Positions 62,471 to 64,000 of a stretch of DNA of 64,000 nt are shown one piece after another; within the stretch, counting starts at the first letter, position 1; each line of letters opens with the position of its first letter. This DNA is from Azolla caroliniana. Taxonomy: Eukaryota; Plantae; Polypodiophyta. The DNA lies in contig JBHGNT010000012.1 of NCBI GenBank assembly GCA_043228905.1, forward strand, positions 19,716,001 to 19,780,000, in the 5' to 3' direction. The notes under the pieces are model-generated. The model saw only the letters and a list, made by a program, of their open reading frames with translations, had not been told where the DNA came from and ran no database searches. The position numbers and the translations under genes were made by a program.

Positions 62471-63094
62471 AGGGGGAGTTTGTTGGGATTACGGTCCCTT
62501 CGGATGGGATGGTCGGATATCGGAGATGAATGCCGACCAGCCCGGTTTCGGTTTCGGAACCGGATGATGAAGACCCCGACCTCGGAGCCGGATGACGAAT
62601 GTACCCGGAGAGAGATCCGGATGCAGGGACATATCCGTGAATATGTCTGCTAAGGGCCCCTGAGGCTATAGTTGTAAATAGCCCCAAAGTCATATATGTA
62701 TAAATATGACTTAGGGCAAACAGTTTTGTTGTTGCTATTCATTTTTCTATTTTTCCACTCTAGAGGAGTGAAGAGAGAGCAGCCGTGAGAGAGAGAGAGA
62801 GATAGAGCGCGAGAGAGGAAGAGGACGACGCCTCTGTGTATTTCCGCCGCCTGTGGCGAGGACAGCGAGCTCAAGGTCGTCGCCTTGCAGCTCGCCATTG
62901 TATACTTCTCTTTGTATAGTGTTGGTTTGGAGTCTTGTACTCCCGTGGTTTTTCCCGTACAGGGTTTTCCACGATAAATCGTGTGTCCTCTCTATTTTTC
63001 GCATTTCCCATTTTCTGCAACAACGATTCGTGTGTTTCCTTGGTTGTGGCCGAGAGGTGAAGTTTGGAAAGTTTCGTTTATTTCCATCAGTTTT

Positions 63095-64000
63095 AGTACT
63101 AACAGTACATGAGAATCATGCTCTTCTTGGGTCTTCGAGTAAACCAGTAGATCATCCAAATAGATGATTAGACACACATCCAAGAGATCTCGGAAAATAT
63201 CATTTGCCATGTGCTGGAAGACTGTTGGCGCATTAGTGAGGCCGAACGGCATAACCGTATACTCGAAGTGCCCATATCTGGTGCGGAACGCGGTCTTCCA
63301 TTCATCTCCTGGTCGGATCCGTACGAGGTTATAGGCTCCCCGTAAGTCGATCTTCGTGAAGAACCTGGCACCATTGATCCGTTCTAAAAGACTTGAGATA
63401 AGGGGGAGTGCATACCTATTTTGGATTGTAACCTTATTCAAGCCACGGTAATCTACAACGAGCCGAAGTGAGCCATCCTTTTTCTTGACGAAGAAAATGG
63501 GTGCGCCGGCTGGAGATTTCGAATGTCGTATGAAACCATTCTCCAAATTCTCCTCTATATAGGCTCGAAGGACTTCCAGTTCGGTTGGTGATAAATTGTA
63601 GATCGGTCCCCAAGGTGGCTCTTTCCCCGGTTGTAAATCGATGGGGCAATCATATGGTCGATGGTGAGGAAGCGTACTGGCTTGTACTTTACCAAACACA
63701 TCGGCATACTGATGATACTTCTCTGGAAGTTGAACGATGGAATCCTCTTTAGGGGTGCTGGAGGGGTTTACTGATATTGCAAAGAGAAACATTTCTTCCT
63801 TGCATCCTTCCTCACGCAACTGATGTAGTGAAATCGTTGCAATCTCATGAGTAGAACCTCGGGCTTTTCGATGCCGGATTTCTCTTGTCCGCCAATCTAT
63901 GTCTGGGTTATGTAATTCGAACCATGGTAATCCTAAGACAATGGGGTGTTCTGGGATGCTAATTATATTAAATGATATGACACATGCTAGATTATCTAGG
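63095..64000 (-). pseudogene. Chromovirus pol, 5' part (protease end and RT)
   Basis: SPAGAPIFFVKKKDGSLRLVVDYRGLN, KIDLRGAY, MPFGLTNAP, IYLDDLLV; rejoins 53768 as VLKRLREHGLYAK after removing the Copia. Confidence 0.95.

Larger units (their letters stand above)
53769..63089 (+). mobile_element. Tandem Copia composite: 4 LTRs and 3 internal regions within one TSD
   Basis: LTRs 53769-54377, 54978-55588, 59705-60315 and 62481-63089; TSD GTTTT only at the outer ends; PBS after LTRs 1-3; PPT before LTRs 3 and 4 only. Confidence 0.96.
50958..64000 (-). mobile_element. Ty3/gypsy chromovirus (Tcn1-like), 3' LTR plus pol; 5' part outside the window; interrupted by tandem Copia
   Basis: LTR 50958-51411 (TG...CA) followed by minus-strand PPT AAAGGGGGGATAG; RT-RH-INT-chromodomain on the minus strand. 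Confidence 0.93.

Noticed and set aside
1-64000. Window being fungal DNA, which would make the tyrosinase ordinary
   Set aside because: Tnt1-like Copia with iMet PBS, Athila-like Asp PBS, plant-type L1 and TTTAGGG motifs point to a plant; not proven without taxonomy.

Overview
Eukaryotic, TE-dense window, most likely from a non-seed land plant such as a moss (inferred from plant-type Copia, Athila-like, L1 and Tcn1-like chromovirus elements and TTTAGGG motifs; species not determinable). The only intact host-type gene is an intronless 673-aa tyrosinase (5421-7442) with fungal-type architecture rather than plant PPO architecture. The locus is duplicated. Copy 1 (2242-7442) is intact. In copy 2 (27615-50957+) the 3.5 kb from the upstream flank to codon ~101 has grown to 23 kb and the CDS is broken. 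The insertions in copy 2 are a 12-unit 618-bp tandem array made from the gene's own promoter, 5' UTR and first ~45 codons, a full-length LINE inside a (TC)n tract carrying a solo LTR, two inverted hAT-like MITEs (one hosting a young Copia), and a chromovirus inserted in the CDS that itself carries a 4-LTR tandem Copia composite. Between the copies lies an older Copia hosting an Athila-like Ty3/gypsy with about 4 kb of extra unexplained sense ORFs. Coordinates, TSDs and SNP counts were read by eye; family assignments rest on remembered motifs, not database searches.
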